Source of the DNA: a candidate division FCPU426 bacterium
Lineage (GTDB): Bacteria; Oederibacteriota; Muellerivitia; Muellerivitales; Muellerivitaceae
DNA length: 64,000 bases
Direction: 5' to 3'
NCBI GenBank assembly: GCA_963719085.1
Contig: CAVRAL010000004.1
Location: forward strand, 512,001 to 576,000
Positions 47,716 to 57,308 of the stretch are shown here, in pieces. The notes under the pieces were generated by a model. The model was given only the letters and a program-made list of their open reading frames with translations, ran no database searches and was not told the DNA's origin. The position numbers and the translations under genes were made by a program. Numbering within the stretch: the stretch's first letter is position 1; each line of letters begins with the position of its first letter.

Positions 47716-49542
47716 TTACTTTACATCAGCCAGTGAAAAGGCCGGTACGTAAACTTCCGGATTGTCCCGGACCCAGCAATTTCCCGTTCGGGCCCTCTCG
47801 TCACGGTCGGTGAATCGATAGTCCTCGATTTGGGCCCGGATAAACCGGGGCGCGGGGCCGCCCGCGAAGGGATTAGTTTCCAAAAGACCCGTGGCTTGGG
47901 GCGAACCCTCCAAAAGCTGGACGAGAAATGAGAGGAACCAGCGGTTATCCCGGGCGTTGCCCAATGCCGCGAACCACATTTGCCAGTCCAACCTGGGTTG
48001 AAAAGGCGCCACCCAGGGAAGCCGCTTGGAAAGATCCCCCGGTTTGTACTTAAACTCGTAGGGCCGCCAGTCTTTGCCGTCCGCGCTTCCCTCCACGATA
48101 ATTTCCCGCCTCGTGGTGGTCATCACCGCGAATAATCCATAAGCGTTGACCGAACGGAAAGGCCCGGCCACCGATTCCACCGGAGCCAAACTTTCTTCCC
48201 ATCCCGTCCATCCAAAAATCGCCAGAAATTGGGCGCCTGAGACCAAAAGAACCAGGCCTAAAAAAGGCGCCCGGATCCAAGCGGATACATACCGGTTTTT
48301 CGCGTTCCGAGTCTTGTCGGGGGAAAATACGTTTTTCCACCCTGAAGGCCAAGCCGCGTCTTCCAAGGCGAAAAAACAAAGTCCCAAGGTCAAAAGATTA
48401 AAGAAACAATAGTTTCCCGTGAGCGCGATGAGAGCTTGCAAAAGCACCAGGGGGCCAAAAGCCAAGGCTTGAAAGCGGCGCGGACCCCAAATCAGAAACG
48501 GAACCGCCAATTCGACGGCGAACATAAAGACGCAAGAGAGGATCTGAAAATCCAGGGGAAGCAAATGGGCCCACCAGCCCAGGGGGGTGGGGAGCGGCTG
48601 GGTCTCATAATGAAAGGACAACGCCGTCAAATGCCGCCAAGCGGGATCCCCGCTGAAAAGTTTCACGAGCCCGGAGGAGACCATCAACCGGAACAACAGC
48701 CATTTAAAAATGAAAACCGAAAAGCCCGGTATGGGCGTTAAATCGAACCGCTTGAGGCGCCAGCCAAAGGGGACCAAAAAAAGGGCGAGTAAGTCGCATT
48801 CCAAAAGCAGATTGTCCCATTGGAAACTTAAAAAATCGCCGCCCACGGTGGCCAGGGATAAATAGCAAACCCAAAGTCCGGCCAAACTGCCCCAGGGAAT
48901 AAGCCCGGCAAAAAGTAAAACCGATAATAAGATCCCGGCGTCGCACAGGCCGTTCAAAAAACCATCGGTCGGGCAAAACCATAAAAGCGTGGGAGCCGAA
49001 AAAAAGACCGTCCAAGACACGCCTTTCAATAAACACAGCACCGGCTCAATTCCCTGGTTTCCCACCAAAGCCGCCAGCTGTCCCCGAAGCGACCAAAAGG
49101 CGAACAGATTGGCCAGCGCCAAACATTTCAGGAAAGCCGCCCGGGACCCAAAATAAGTCGGGGCCTCGTCGGCTTGCGAAAGCCCGCAGGAGCCGCTTCG
49201 GGATAAAAGGGACCGGTGCCGGGCGACCCATTGGTAGAGGGTCTCGCTCACGCTTAAAAAAAACGGGACTTTCGCGCTCAAGGACGGCAGCCATTTTAAA
49301 AACCGGTGGACGGCCAGCGTCCTCAAAACGGCCTCGGCGCCATGGGTCACCCGCCCGCTTGGCTCAAACAAATAAACCGCTTTTTTAAATTCCGCTTCCG
49401 GCACTTGGGAAAAGCGGCTGGCCGCGGTTTGGTAAGGCTCATAATCCACGGCGTCCACGGTCACTTTTTTCCACCGGCCGATCCACCGGCGGCAAAAACC
49501 GCAATCCCCGTCATACACCATCAAAGGCTTCAATAACCACAT
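47716..49542 (-). CDS. DCC (DUF393) thiol-disulfide domain fused to lipase maturation factor (LMF1) domain
   Basis: YDGDCGFC; FQWDNLLLE, HYETQPLPTP, YGLFAVMT, YKPGD, QPRLDWQMWF. Confidence 0.92.
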   Translation of the reverse strand: MWLLKPLMVYDGDCGFCRRWIGRWKKVTVDAVDYEPYQTAASRFSQVPEAEFKKAVYLFEPSGRVTHGAEAVLRTLAVHRFLKWLPSLSAKVPFFLSVSETLYQWVARHRSLLSRSGSCGLSQADEAPTYFGSRAAFLKCLALANLFAFWSLRGQLAALVGNQGIEPVLCLLKGVSWTVFFSAPTLLWFCPTDGFLNGLCDAGILLSVLLFAGLIPWGSLAGLWVCYLSLATVGGDFLSFQWDNLLLECDLLALFLVPFGWRLKRFDLTPIPGFSVFIFKWLLFRLMVSSGLVKLFSGDPAWRHLTALSFHYETQPLPTPLGWWAHLLPLDFQILSCVFMFAVELAVPFLIWGPRRFQALAFGPLVLLQALIALTGNYCFFNLLTLGLCFFALEDAAWPSGWKNVFSPDKTRNAKNRYVSAWIRAPFLGLVLLVSGAQFLAIFGWTGWEESLAPVESVAGPFRSVNAYGLFAVMTTTRREIIVEGSADGKDWRPYEFKYKPGDLSKRLPWVAPFQPRLDWQMWFAALGNARDNRWFLSFLVQLLEGSPQATGLLETNPFAGGPAPRFIRAQIEDYRFTDRDERARTGNCWVRDNPEVYVPAFSLADVK

Positions 49543-49608
49543 TTTACGCTTTCCCTATTCGGAGGATAGTTTTGATAAAATAAGGTTACCCTGAATCAAG
49601 GAGTTTCC

Positions 49609-50466
49609 ATGGACTTTTTAGGCCACGAACTACCCCTGCGCTTTTTGTTTTTCGGACTTACCTTTTTGATCCTGGCTTTTTGGGAGCAAAAAAATCAAGC
49701 CGTCCCTTTGACGCAAAATAAAAATGACCGCTGGTTGAATCACCTGGGATTGTCCTTTTTGGGCGCGGTTCTGGTCCGAACCTTCCTGCCTCTGGCAGGC
49801 GTTTCCATCGCCTGGTTCGCCTTGTATAACCGCCTGGGGCTTTTTAATCAAATCCAATTGCCCGACGCGGTGGTCCTGGTCTTGAGCGTGCTCAACCTGG
49901 ATTGGGCGCTTTATTACCAGCATCGGGCCCTGCATTCGCTTCCCTGGCTCTGGAAATGCCATCGGGTCCATCATACCGACTTGGATTTCGATGTTTCCAC
50001 GGGAATCCGGTTTCACTTTTTAGAGACGGGGTTTACCTTGTTGGTCAAAGCCCTGGTCATTTTAATTTTGGGCTGCCCGCCGGCCGCCGTCCTGGCCTAT
50101 GAGCTGATTTATATGATCGCGGTTCTTTTCAACCACTCCAATGTCAAGCTGAGCCCGGGGATTGAAAAAAGCTTAAGGGCTTTCATCGTCACCCCGGACA
50201 TGCATCGGATCCATCATTCCGGCGCGCGCCCGGAAACGAACAGCAATTTCAGTTTTGTTTTTTCTTGGTGGGACCGGTTTTTGGGAACTTATCGCCCTCA
50301 GCCCGCCGCCGGCTATGAAAAAATGACGATCGGATTGGAAAATTACCGGGATCCCGTTGATTCCCAATTGCCGAATCTGTTGCTGCAGCCCTTCATGGAC
50401 GCGGGGCAAACCATCTCAATGGAAAATTTCAAGTCGAAGGAAACCGCTTACACCCAGGGGAAATAA
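49609..50466 (+). CDS. Sterol desaturase / fatty acid hydroxylase family protein
   Basis: HRALH, HRVHH, FNHSN, HRIHH, WWDRFLGTY. Confidence 0.92.
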   Translation: MDFLGHELPLRFLFFGLTFLILAFWEQKNQAVPLTQNKNDRWLNHLGLSFLGAVLVRTFLPLAGVSIAWFALYNRLGLFNQIQLPDAVVLVLSVLNLDWALYYQHRALHSLPWLWKCHRVHHTDLDFDVSTGIRFHFLETGFTLLVKALVILILGCPPAAVLAYELIYMIAVLFNHSNVKLSPGIEKSLRAFIVTPDMHRIHHSGARPETNSNFSFVFSWWDRFLGTYRPQPAAGYEKMTIGLENYRDPVDSQLPNLLLQPFMDAGQTISMENFKSKETAYTQGK

Positions 50467-50470
50467 ATCC

Positions 50471-50908
50471 TTAGGCCAGGCCGTCGAAAAGGCCGGAAGA
50501 ATCCCCCCCGCCTAAAAGCTGGGACTGAATGATCGAGGATTCTTGATTGTACATATTGAGGAGCGCCTCCAAGTTGGAGTCGCCCGAAAGGCTCGCGGCT
50601 TGCGAAGCCCAGGAAGGCAAGGCGAACAGGTCGCCGCCGCCCAACAAACCCGTTAAACCCGAACCCAACATTGAAGAGGATGAGTCAGAAAACATCCCGG
50701 ACAAGGCCAAGTTGTCGGCGTTTTGGGCTTGGGCCATGGCCAATTGGGCCTTTTGCTGGGTCGTGGCCGAAGGATTCGCCAGCATCTGGTCCACGAGGGA
50801 GTTAAAACTGCTGGACGAGTCCAGACCCAGCGCCGCCAAAGCGCCCGGGTTGGAATTTGAGTAAAGCGAATTGAGGTCGGAAGGCCCGATCGCCGATAAA
50901 TCGTTCAT
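50471..50908 (-). CDS. Ser/Gly/Leu-rich hypothetical protein
   Basis: RBS AGGA; no signal peptide; ends GLFDGLA. Confidence 0.65.
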   Translation of the reverse strand: MNDLSAIGPSDLNSLYSNSNPGALAALGLDSSSSFNSLVDQMLANPSATTQQKAQLAMAQAQNADNLALSGMFSDSSSSMLGSGLTGLLGGGDLFALPSWASQAASLSGDSNLEALLNMYNQESSIIQSQLLGGGDSSGLFDGLA

Positions 50909-50984
50909 GGTTATCCTAACGACTTAGGCGGGAAAAACTGAACGGGAATAAAAGGGTTTGAAATAAGGGCTTTTGAGAAAGAGC

Positions 50985-51725
50985 CTATTCGGCCCCGGGG
51001 GTTTCGTCCGGGGTCGGCGTGGGCGTGACTTGGGTGGAAAGCCAATACTTATCGAATTTGTTCGCGCTCTTTTTATCGGCGCAATCCTTGCAATCCGACA
51101 CCACCCCTTCTTTTTTCGTGTCAAAAAGGACAGTATAGGTCAATTGGGAAAATTGCTTGTTCGGGATCGGCTTGTCCTTGCCGCAAATGGACGAAAGCTC
51201 AAACACGGCCAAGGTGGGCTTCATCCACTCCAAAAAGTCGGTGGCCGGCGTGGCGCAATCGGGATTGTCTTTGGCGAATTGATCCTGGATGCCCGCTTCC
51301 AATAGGGCGGTGATATCCAGGGACTTTTGCTTGGGGATACTGACATAGTAGGTCCGCCACAAACCCTCGATCACCTGCAATTGAAAGAAAAATTGGCGGC
51401 TTTCCGGGGACCAATCAAACCGGACCAGGTCCCAGTCCACTTGGAAAGTTCCGTTGGCGGTCTCGCGGATGAAGGGCGCGCTTCCGGTCTGAATTTTAAA
51501 ATGGGCTTGGGTCCGGGTATCCACGACCTCGATGGGATAGCGGAAGAAGACTTGATCGTCGACTCGGCGCATGATTTCCTGCCGAACCACGACCCGGTAA
51601 TGGTTATCGGGGGAAACCGAAAGATAAATTTCTTGTTCCGCGTAAAGGGGAAAAGCCGAGGCGCCCAGCAGTAAAAGCCCGGCCCCTAGTTTCAAGAAAG
51701 CTGTTTTGAGGTTCAAAACTTTCAC
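50985..51725 (-). CDS. Secreted hypothetical protein with Pro/Thr tail
   Basis: Signal peptide; SPD and WSP beta-propeller-like motifs; four Cys. Confidence 0.7.
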   Translation of the reverse strand: MKVLNLKTAFLKLGAGLLLLGASAFPLYAEQEIYLSVSPDNHYRVVVRQEIMRRVDDQVFFRYPIEVVDTRTQAHFKIQTGSAPFIRETANGTFQVDWDLVRFDWSPESRQFFFQLQVIEGLWRTYYVSIPKQKSLDITALLEAGIQDQFAKDNPDCATPATDFLEWMKPTLAVFELSSICGKDKPIPNKQFSQLTYTVLFDTKKEGVVSDCKDCADKKSANKFDKYWLSTQVTPTPTPDETPGAE

Positions 51726-51825
51726 CTATGGTTTCCTTTAATCGATAACAGTCAAAAAGACCCGCCCTCACGAATCCATAAAGAAACTTGAGGATTCGCT
51801 CGGCTCAATATGAAAAACGAGGCGA

Positions 51826-51987
51826 CTAAGGGGTTGGGGTAGCAACCGGGGGAGGGAAAGTTGCGATAATTTGACCGGCCACATCCGCGATTGTTGGATT
51901 AACGCCGTTGGATTGACAAGCAATATTCAAAAATAAAGAAAACAAAAGAACCAGGCCAAAAAGGGAAAAAATCAGGACTCGTTTCAA
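51826..51987 (-). CDS. 53-aa lipoprotein (not in ORF track)
   Basis: RBS GAGGT and TTG start; MKRVLIFSLFGLVLLFSLFLNIAC-QSNGVNPTIADVAGQIIATFPPPVATPTP. Confidence 0.7.
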   Translation of the reverse strand: MKRVLIFSLFGLVLLFSLFLNIACQSNGVNPTIADVAGQIIATFPPPVATPTP

Positions 51988-52074
51988 GGTAAACCTCGGA
52001 CCCCAAGAATGAATTGATTATGCCTCATTAGTTTTAAAAACTCAATCTTCAAAAAGACGCCTAATCCCGGCCGT

Positions 52075-52320
52075 TTACGGGGTCACTGTCGGGGTGACCG
52101 TCGGGGTATCGGTGACGGTCGCCGTCGGGGTTACCGTCGGGGTGTCCGTGATCGTCGGGGTCGGGGTTGTGGTCAAGGTTGGATTCGAAGCCTCAACCGT
52201 TTCTAGGGCTGTTTGAAAGTTGTTGGGGGCTCCGGGCATGTCGACTTTACAAGCCAAACCCAAAAATAAGGGCAAACCCAAAACCAAGGCGGAAATAAAA
52301 ACACCGGCGAACCGTTTCAA
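52075..52320 (-). CDS. Small lipoprotein with Pro/Thr tail
   Basis: RBS GAGGT and TTG start; lipobox GLAC; TPT repeats. Confidence 0.75.
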   Translation of the reverse strand: MKRFAGVFISALVLGLPLFLGLACKVDMPGAPNNFQTALETVEASNPTLTTTPTPTITDTPTVTPTATVTDTPTVTPTVTP

Positions 52321-52381
52321 AGGAACCTCTTCTTTAATGTTGATCTGGGCTTAGAAAGTCCGGGACCCGAACGACGGGCCA

Positions 52382-53158
52382 TCACAAAGCGACGGTACCG
52401 CCCACCACGAAATTAAGGCCCGTGGAGTTAAGACTAAAGGTGCTCACCGCGTCCGACTCGGGTGTCCGTTCTTGCCGTTCAACGCCCGTCATGCCCGAAT
52501 AACCCGTGAAGCGTTCGTAAGCCCCGCCGACCAATGAAAACCCTTCGCCCATGTAAATCTCAAGTCCAGCGCCCAGATTCAAGCCAAAACCCTCAATCGA
52601 AAGGGTTCCTTCCTGGACTATGGTGGGGGTGCCGCTGTAATCCACCAACGCGGAAGCGCTATCAATATCAATCCAAGTGTAATTCACCCCTAAGCTGACG
52701 AAGGGTTGAACCGGGAGTTTTTCGAAAAAATAACGTTTAATATCAAAGTTGATCAAATGATAGATGGCGGTGTTTTGGCCGGTGCCCGGCGATAAGGATG
52801 GCGGCCCGGTAAAGGTTCCCGTGTGATAAGACTGTATGTAGCTGAATTCCCCGGCGTAAACTCCCTCGCGATGACCAAGCAAAACCCCGAATCCATATCC
52901 GTTATCGAAGGAAGGAACTCCATCGGCTTCCGCTGTAGTGGAATTCGGGTAAAAAGCGAATTCCTGGGTTCCGTTAAAATCCTGGTTTTTATCCAAAGAG
53001 GCGTAAGTGGCCAAAAGCCCGATATAGGTTCGGTCGCTGATAAAGTCGCCCGGATTTTCATTCATGGAGTCATCGGCGAAAACAGGGGCTGCCCAAGCCA
53101 ATGCCATGAACAAAATCGCGGATAAACTAAAGCGCTTCACTTTTGGCTTTGAATTCAT
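52382..53158 (-). CDS. Small outer-membrane beta-barrel (OmpA/OmpW-like)
   Basis: Signal peptide; INFDIKRYF...QPFVSLG...GLNLGAGLE. Paralog of the next gene. Confidence 0.8.
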   Translation of the reverse strand: MNSKPKVKRFSLSAILFMALAWAAPVFADDSMNENPGDFISDRTYIGLLATYASLDKNQDFNGTQEFAFYPNSTTAEADGVPSFDNGYGFGVLLGHREGVYAGEFSYIQSYHTGTFTGPPSLSPGTGQNTAIYHLINFDIKRYFFEKLPVQPFVSLGVNYTWIDIDSASALVDYSGTPTIVQEGTLSIEGFGLNLGAGLEIYMGEGFSLVGGAYERFTGYSGMTGVERQERTPESDAVSTFSLNSTGLNFVVGGTVAL

Positions 53159-53215
53159 GCGTTTTCTTACCTCCGGCTTAAACTTAGGCCGCTTTGGCGG
53201 CCATCATATCATAAA

Positions 53216-53992
53216 TTAAATAAAACCAACGGTCGTCCCGATATAAAAATCAAAACCGCTGGTGGTAAAACTCGAAGGACTGCCGACCGCGTTTTGAACT
53301 TGCTCATCGATGTTATTGACGCCCTTATACTGGCCAAAACCCGACCATTTTTGGTAAAAACCGCCCACAATCGAAAAGGTGGAGTCAAAATAATATTCAG
53401 CCCCGGCGCCCAGATCAAACCCGATACCCTCGAAAACCGCGTTTCCAAAGGCCGTGGTATTCTCGGAAGCGTTGTCCACGGTCAACCAGGGGATATTCAC
53501 CCCTAACCCGATAAAGGGCTGGAGGGCCAAGTCCGTCAAAAAATATCTTTTAAAATCAATGTTGATGGAATCGAGGGTAGCCGAGCTTTTCAAGGTGCTC
53601 CCATAAGCCACCGAACCCGACCCATTGACCGGATAATTACCATTCCAAGAGGCCTGGTGGATGGACTGCCAAAAGCTGACTTCGGCGGCGTAAAAGCCTT
53701 CCCGCCTTCCGATATAGGCTCCCCAACCATAATTCTGGGCGATGGAGGGCGCCAACGTGATTTCATATTGCTGTTGGTTGAGCAGGGTGGCCGTTCCGAA
53801 GCCCGATCCGCTCTGGGAAATGGAGGTTCCCACCACGCCAAAATAGGTCCGGCCATAAATGAATTGGTTGATGTCATCGGATTCGTCGGCCCGGAGGCTA
53901 AGCGGTGTAAAAAGGAGAAGCAGGGCCGCGAAACAAAAGCGGCGGACTCTTTCCTGATGGATAAATTTCATTTGGTTTGTCGTTTCCTTCAA
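53216..53992 (-). CDS. Small outer-membrane beta-barrel (OmpA/OmpW-like)
   Basis: INIDFKRYF...QPFIGLG...GFDLGAGAEY. Start uncertain. Confidence 0.8.
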   Translation of the reverse strand: MKETTNQMKFIHQERVRRFCFAALLLLFTPLSLRADESDDINQFIYGRTYFGVVGTSISQSGSGFGTATLLNQQQYEITLAPSIAQNYGWGAYIGRREGFYAAEVSFWQSIHQASWNGNYPVNGSGSVAYGSTLKSSATLDSINIDFKRYFLTDLALQPFIGLGVNIPWLTVDNASENTTAFGNAVFEGIGFDLGAGAEYYFDSTFSIVGGFYQKWSGFGQYKGVNNIDEQVQNAVGSPSSFTTSGFDFYIGTTVGFI

Positions 53993-54111
53993 TCAGGGGG
54001 ATAGGGTCAAAAAGCTCGAATAATGATAACTGATTTCTCCCCAAGATGAAAAGGAAACTTGTCCCCTAAGGCCGGCCCGGCGCCGGGTCTTTTCACTCTG
54101 TCGAAAACCGC

Positions 54112-55194
54112 TTATTTCCCGTAAAGGGCTTGGAGCGCCGGATGGATGAGCGATCCGCGGTCAATATTCAGCCCATACCGGATTTCCTGGCTTTCCTGGA
54201 CCGCCTGCCGGACTCCGGCCTTGGCGATTTTCAGGACGAAAGGCAGGGTGGCGTTGGTCAAGGCGTAAGTGGAGGTGATGCCGACCGCGCCCGGAATATT
54301 GGTGACGCAATAGTGGATGACGCCGAATTTCTCGTAAACGGGCCGGCTATGGGTCGTGGGCCGGGCCGTCTCCACGCAGCCGCCTTGGTCGATGGCCACA
54401 TCCACGATCACCGAACCCGGCTTCATTTGCCGCACCATGGAAGCGCTCACCACCGAAGGCGCCTTGGCCCCTTCCACATAAACCGCCCCAATCAAAAGGT
54501 CCGCCCGGCGGACTTCCTCGCGCACCACCCGGCGGTTGGAAACCAGGGTAATGACGTTCTTAGGGAGAATTTCTTCCAGGTGCCTTAAGCGGATGGCGTT
54601 GACGTCCAAAATGGTCACGCTCGCCCCCAATCCCGCCGCGGCCTTGGCCGCGTTGCTCCCCACCACCCCGCCGCCGATGATGACGACCTCCGCGGGTTTC
54701 ACTCCCGCCACGCCGCCCAATAAAATCCCCTTGCCGCCCATGGACCTTTCCAAGTATTTGGCGCCTTCTTGGACGGCCATCTTGCCGGCCACCTCGCTCA
54801 TGGGCGTCAATAAGGGATGCTCCCCCGAGGGAAGGCGGATCGTCTCATAAGCCAGGGCGATAATTTTTGATTTTTGAACCGCGCGGGTCAATTCCTTCGA
54901 GGCCGCGAAATGGAAATAGCCGAAAACAACCTGTCCCTCGCGCAAAAGGGAAATTTCCGAAGGCTGGGGCTCTTTGACCTTGAGGATCATCTCGGATTTT
55001 TTAAAAAGCTGGCTCCGGGTCACCAGCCGGGCCCCCGCTTCCTGAAATTCCCGGTCCGAGATGCCCGTGCCTTTCCCCGCGCCCTTTTCAATCAAGACCC
55101 TATGGCCGGCGTGGACCAACTCCTCCACCCCGCCGGGAACCACGCCGACGCGGTATTCATGGTCTTTGATTTCCTTGGGGACGCCGATGATCAT
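54112..55194 (-). CDS. ald: Alanine dehydrogenase
   Basis: MIIGVPKEIK, KVKEP, PMSEVAG, IGGGVVG, DVAIDQGGC, HYCV.NIPGAV. ATG at 55194. Confidence 0.96.
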   Translation of the reverse strand: MIIGVPKEIKDHEYRVGVVPGGVEELVHAGHRVLIEKGAGKGTGISDREFQEAGARLVTRSQLFKKSEMILKVKEPQPSEISLLREGQVVFGYFHFAASKELTRAVQKSKIIALAYETIRLPSGEHPLLTPMSEVAGKMAVQEGAKYLERSMGGKGILLGGVAGVKPAEVVIIGGGVVGSNAAKAAAGLGASVTILDVNAIRLRHLEEILPKNVITLVSNRRVVREEVRRADLLIGAVYVEGAKAPSVVSASMVRQMKPGSVIVDVAIDQGGCVETARPTTHSRPVYEKFGVIHYCVTNIPGAVGITSTYALTNATLPFVLKIAKAGVRQAVQESQEIRYGLNIDRGSLIHPALQALYGK

Positions 55195-55229
55195 GGTTTT
55201 TTCCTTTTGGTTTTCTCTTAATCTATTTC

Positions 55230-55380
55230 GGAACGATGCCTTTGGCAAAGCTGGCAAGGCCCGTCTTTTGAAACAATGATAAATGCCGATGAAGACTGAT
55301 GTTTGAAACATAAAAATCGGGCCTTATCAGCCTGCCTCAATGTTTCAATAGGTCTTGCTTTGCGAAGTGAATGATTCCAA
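55230..55380 (-). repeat. Copy C of the ~150-bp palindromic element
   Basis: Minus strand TTGGAATCATTCACTTCGCAAAGCAAGACCTATTGAAACATTG...TGTTTCAAAAGACGGGCCTTGCCAGCTTTGCCAAAGGCATCGTTCC; ends ~35 nt before the ald start. Confidence 0.85.
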
Positions 55381-55487
55381 TCTATTTTACTCCTCCGCGG
55401 GCCCGAAAATGCGCTTCTATTAAAAGGCCCTTTCATTGGATATACTTGGCCTTCCTAAATTGAGACGACTTATCTAAGGAGACCTCC

Positions 55488-55787
55488 ATGGCCATGATGG
55501 AAATCAGCGTCGTTCCCCTGGGAACGGGCAAAACTTCGGTGAGCGCTTACATCGCGGAAATCTTTAAACATCTGCGAAAGCAAAAAAAAGTGCGCTATGA
55601 GCTCAACGGCATGGGCACCATTTTAACCGGCAAGGCGGACGATCTTTTTAAGCTGGCCGCCGCGCTCCACAAGATCCCCTTGGCCCGGGGCGCCAAACGG
55701 GTTTATACGGTAATTAAATTGGACGACCGCAAGGATAAAAACCAGCTTCCGATCGAAAAAGTGGACTCGGTCCTTAGAAAACTCTGA
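55488..55787 (+). CDS. MTH1187/YkoF-like thiamine-binding family protein
   Basis: EISVVPLGTG.TSVS.YI, MGT, RVYTVIKLDDR.DK. Confidence 0.9.
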   Translation: MAMMEISVVPLGTGKTSVSAYIAEIFKHLRKQKKVRYELNGMGTILTGKADDLFKLAAALHKIPLARGAKRVYTVIKLDDRKDKNQLPIEKVDSVLRKL

Positions 55788-55865
55788 CAGCCCGCTTAAA
55801 AAGATTTTAAAATCCCCTCGCCATAAAACGAAATGTTATGGCGGGCAAAATAAATAAGGAACGCC

Positions 55866-57143
55866 ATGCTTGATCCTAAATATGTCCGGGAACACGAAGC
55901 CGAGGTCCGCCAGGCCTTGGAAAACTGCAAGTCCAAAGTGGACCTGTCGCTTTACCTGGATTTGGAACGCCGCCGCCGGGACCTGACCATCTCGGTCGAC
56001 AAACGTAAAGCCCGCCTCAACCAAGCCTCGGAAGAAATGGGCAAAATGAAAAAAGAGGGAAAGGATATTTCCCAATACCAGGCCAAGCTCAAGGAGCTTT
56101 CGGACGAGATCAAGCAAATGGACGGGGAAATTTCCGCCGTGGAAAAAGACTTCCGCGAAGTTGAGCTTCAAGTGTGCAATCTTCCCCATCCGTCGGTTCC
56201 GGTCGGGGGCGAGGAAGCCAATCAAGAAATCCGCCGGGTGGGCGAACCCAGGGCCATGGACTTCAAACCTAAAACCCATGACGAGTTGGGCGCGGCTTTA
56301 GGGATCCTGGATTTTGAGCGGGCCGCTAAAATCTCCGGCGCGCGTTTTTTCACCCTTTGGAACCTCGGCGCGAAATTGGAACGGGCCCTGGTCAACTTTA
56401 TGCTGGACCAACACGGCCTGAAGGGTTACCAGGAAATCGTGATTCCCCATTTGGTGGCTTACGATTCGATGGAAATGTCCGGCCAGTTCCCGAAATTTAT
56501 CGAGCAGGCTTTCGCCGTCGAGAAAGACAACCTGTATCTCATCCCCACCGCCGAAGTCCCTTTGGCCAATCTGCACCGGGGCGAAACCCTGTCCGCGGGG
56601 TCGTTGCCGAAAAAATACGCGTCCTTCTCCCCCTGCTACCGCCGGGAAGCCGGCAGTTACGGCAAGGACACCAAGGGCCTGATCCGCCTGCACCAGTTCA
56701 ACAAGGTGGAGTTGTTTCAATTCGTGGAGCCTGAAAAAAGCATGGACGCCTTGGAAGCGCTCACGGCCGACGCGGAATCGATTCTTCAAAAACTGGGCCT
56801 GCCTTACCGCGTGGTGGCCTTGGCCACCGGCGATAAAAGTTTCGCCTCCACCAAAACCTATGACCTGGAAGTTTGGCTTCCCAGCCAAAAGACCTACCGG
56901 GAAATCTCCAGCTGCAGCAATTGCACCGACTTCCAGGCCCGCCGGGGGGGCATCAAATTCAAACGCGAAGGCGGGGGCAAACCGGAGTTGGTCCATACCT
57001 TGAACGGCTCCGGCCTGGCCGTGGGACGCACCTGGCTGGCCATTTTGGAGAATTATCAACAGGCCGACGGAAGCGTGGTTGTCCCGGAAGCCCTCAGACC
57101 TTATTTAAATGGAGCGGAAGTCATTAAAGCAGCCTTGTCCTGA
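55866..57143 (+). CDS. serS: Serine--tRNA ligase
   Basis: MLDPK, LIPTAEVP, REAGSYGKDT.GLIRLHQF.KVE, REISSCSN, HTLNGSGLAVGR. Confidence 0.98.
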   Translation: MLDPKYVREHEAEVRQALENCKSKVDLSLYLDLERRRRDLTISVDKRKARLNQASEEMGKMKKEGKDISQYQAKLKELSDEIKQMDGEISAVEKDFREVELQVCNLPHPSVPVGGEEANQEIRRVGEPRAMDFKPKTHDELGAALGILDFERAAKISGARFFTLWNLGAKLERALVNFMLDQHGLKGYQEIVIPHLVAYDSMEMSGQFPKFIEQAFAVEKDNLYLIPTAEVPLANLHRGETLSAGSLPKKYASFSPCYRREAGSYGKDTKGLIRLHQFNKVELFQFVEPEKSMDALEALTADAESILQKLGLPYRVVALATGDKSFASTKTYDLEVWLPSQKTYREISSCSNCTDFQARRGGIKFKREGGGKPELVHTLNGSGLAVGRTWLAILENYQQADGSVVVPEALRPYLNGAEVIKAALS

Positions 57144-57308
57144 GCTTGTCGAACGGACAAGCAGACGGATCGGTGAATATTCCAGAAGCCCTCCAACCCT
57201 ATTTAGGCGGCTTGAAAAACATTACTCCAAACCAGGCCTGAGCCGAGCCGGTTTTAAAATTCTTTGGTTTTTGGGTCTTTTTGCTACAATAAACGCCTCG
57301 AGGAACCT

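Noticed and set aside
55790..55865. T-box leader upstream of serS
   Set aside because: The intergenic space is only ~78 nt and has no T-box consensus.
57136..57157. TGTCCTGAGCTTGTCGAA at the serS stop as an integration site
   Set aside because: It is a second copy of the short REP-like motif at 6524. No integrase or flanking direct repeat of an island is present.
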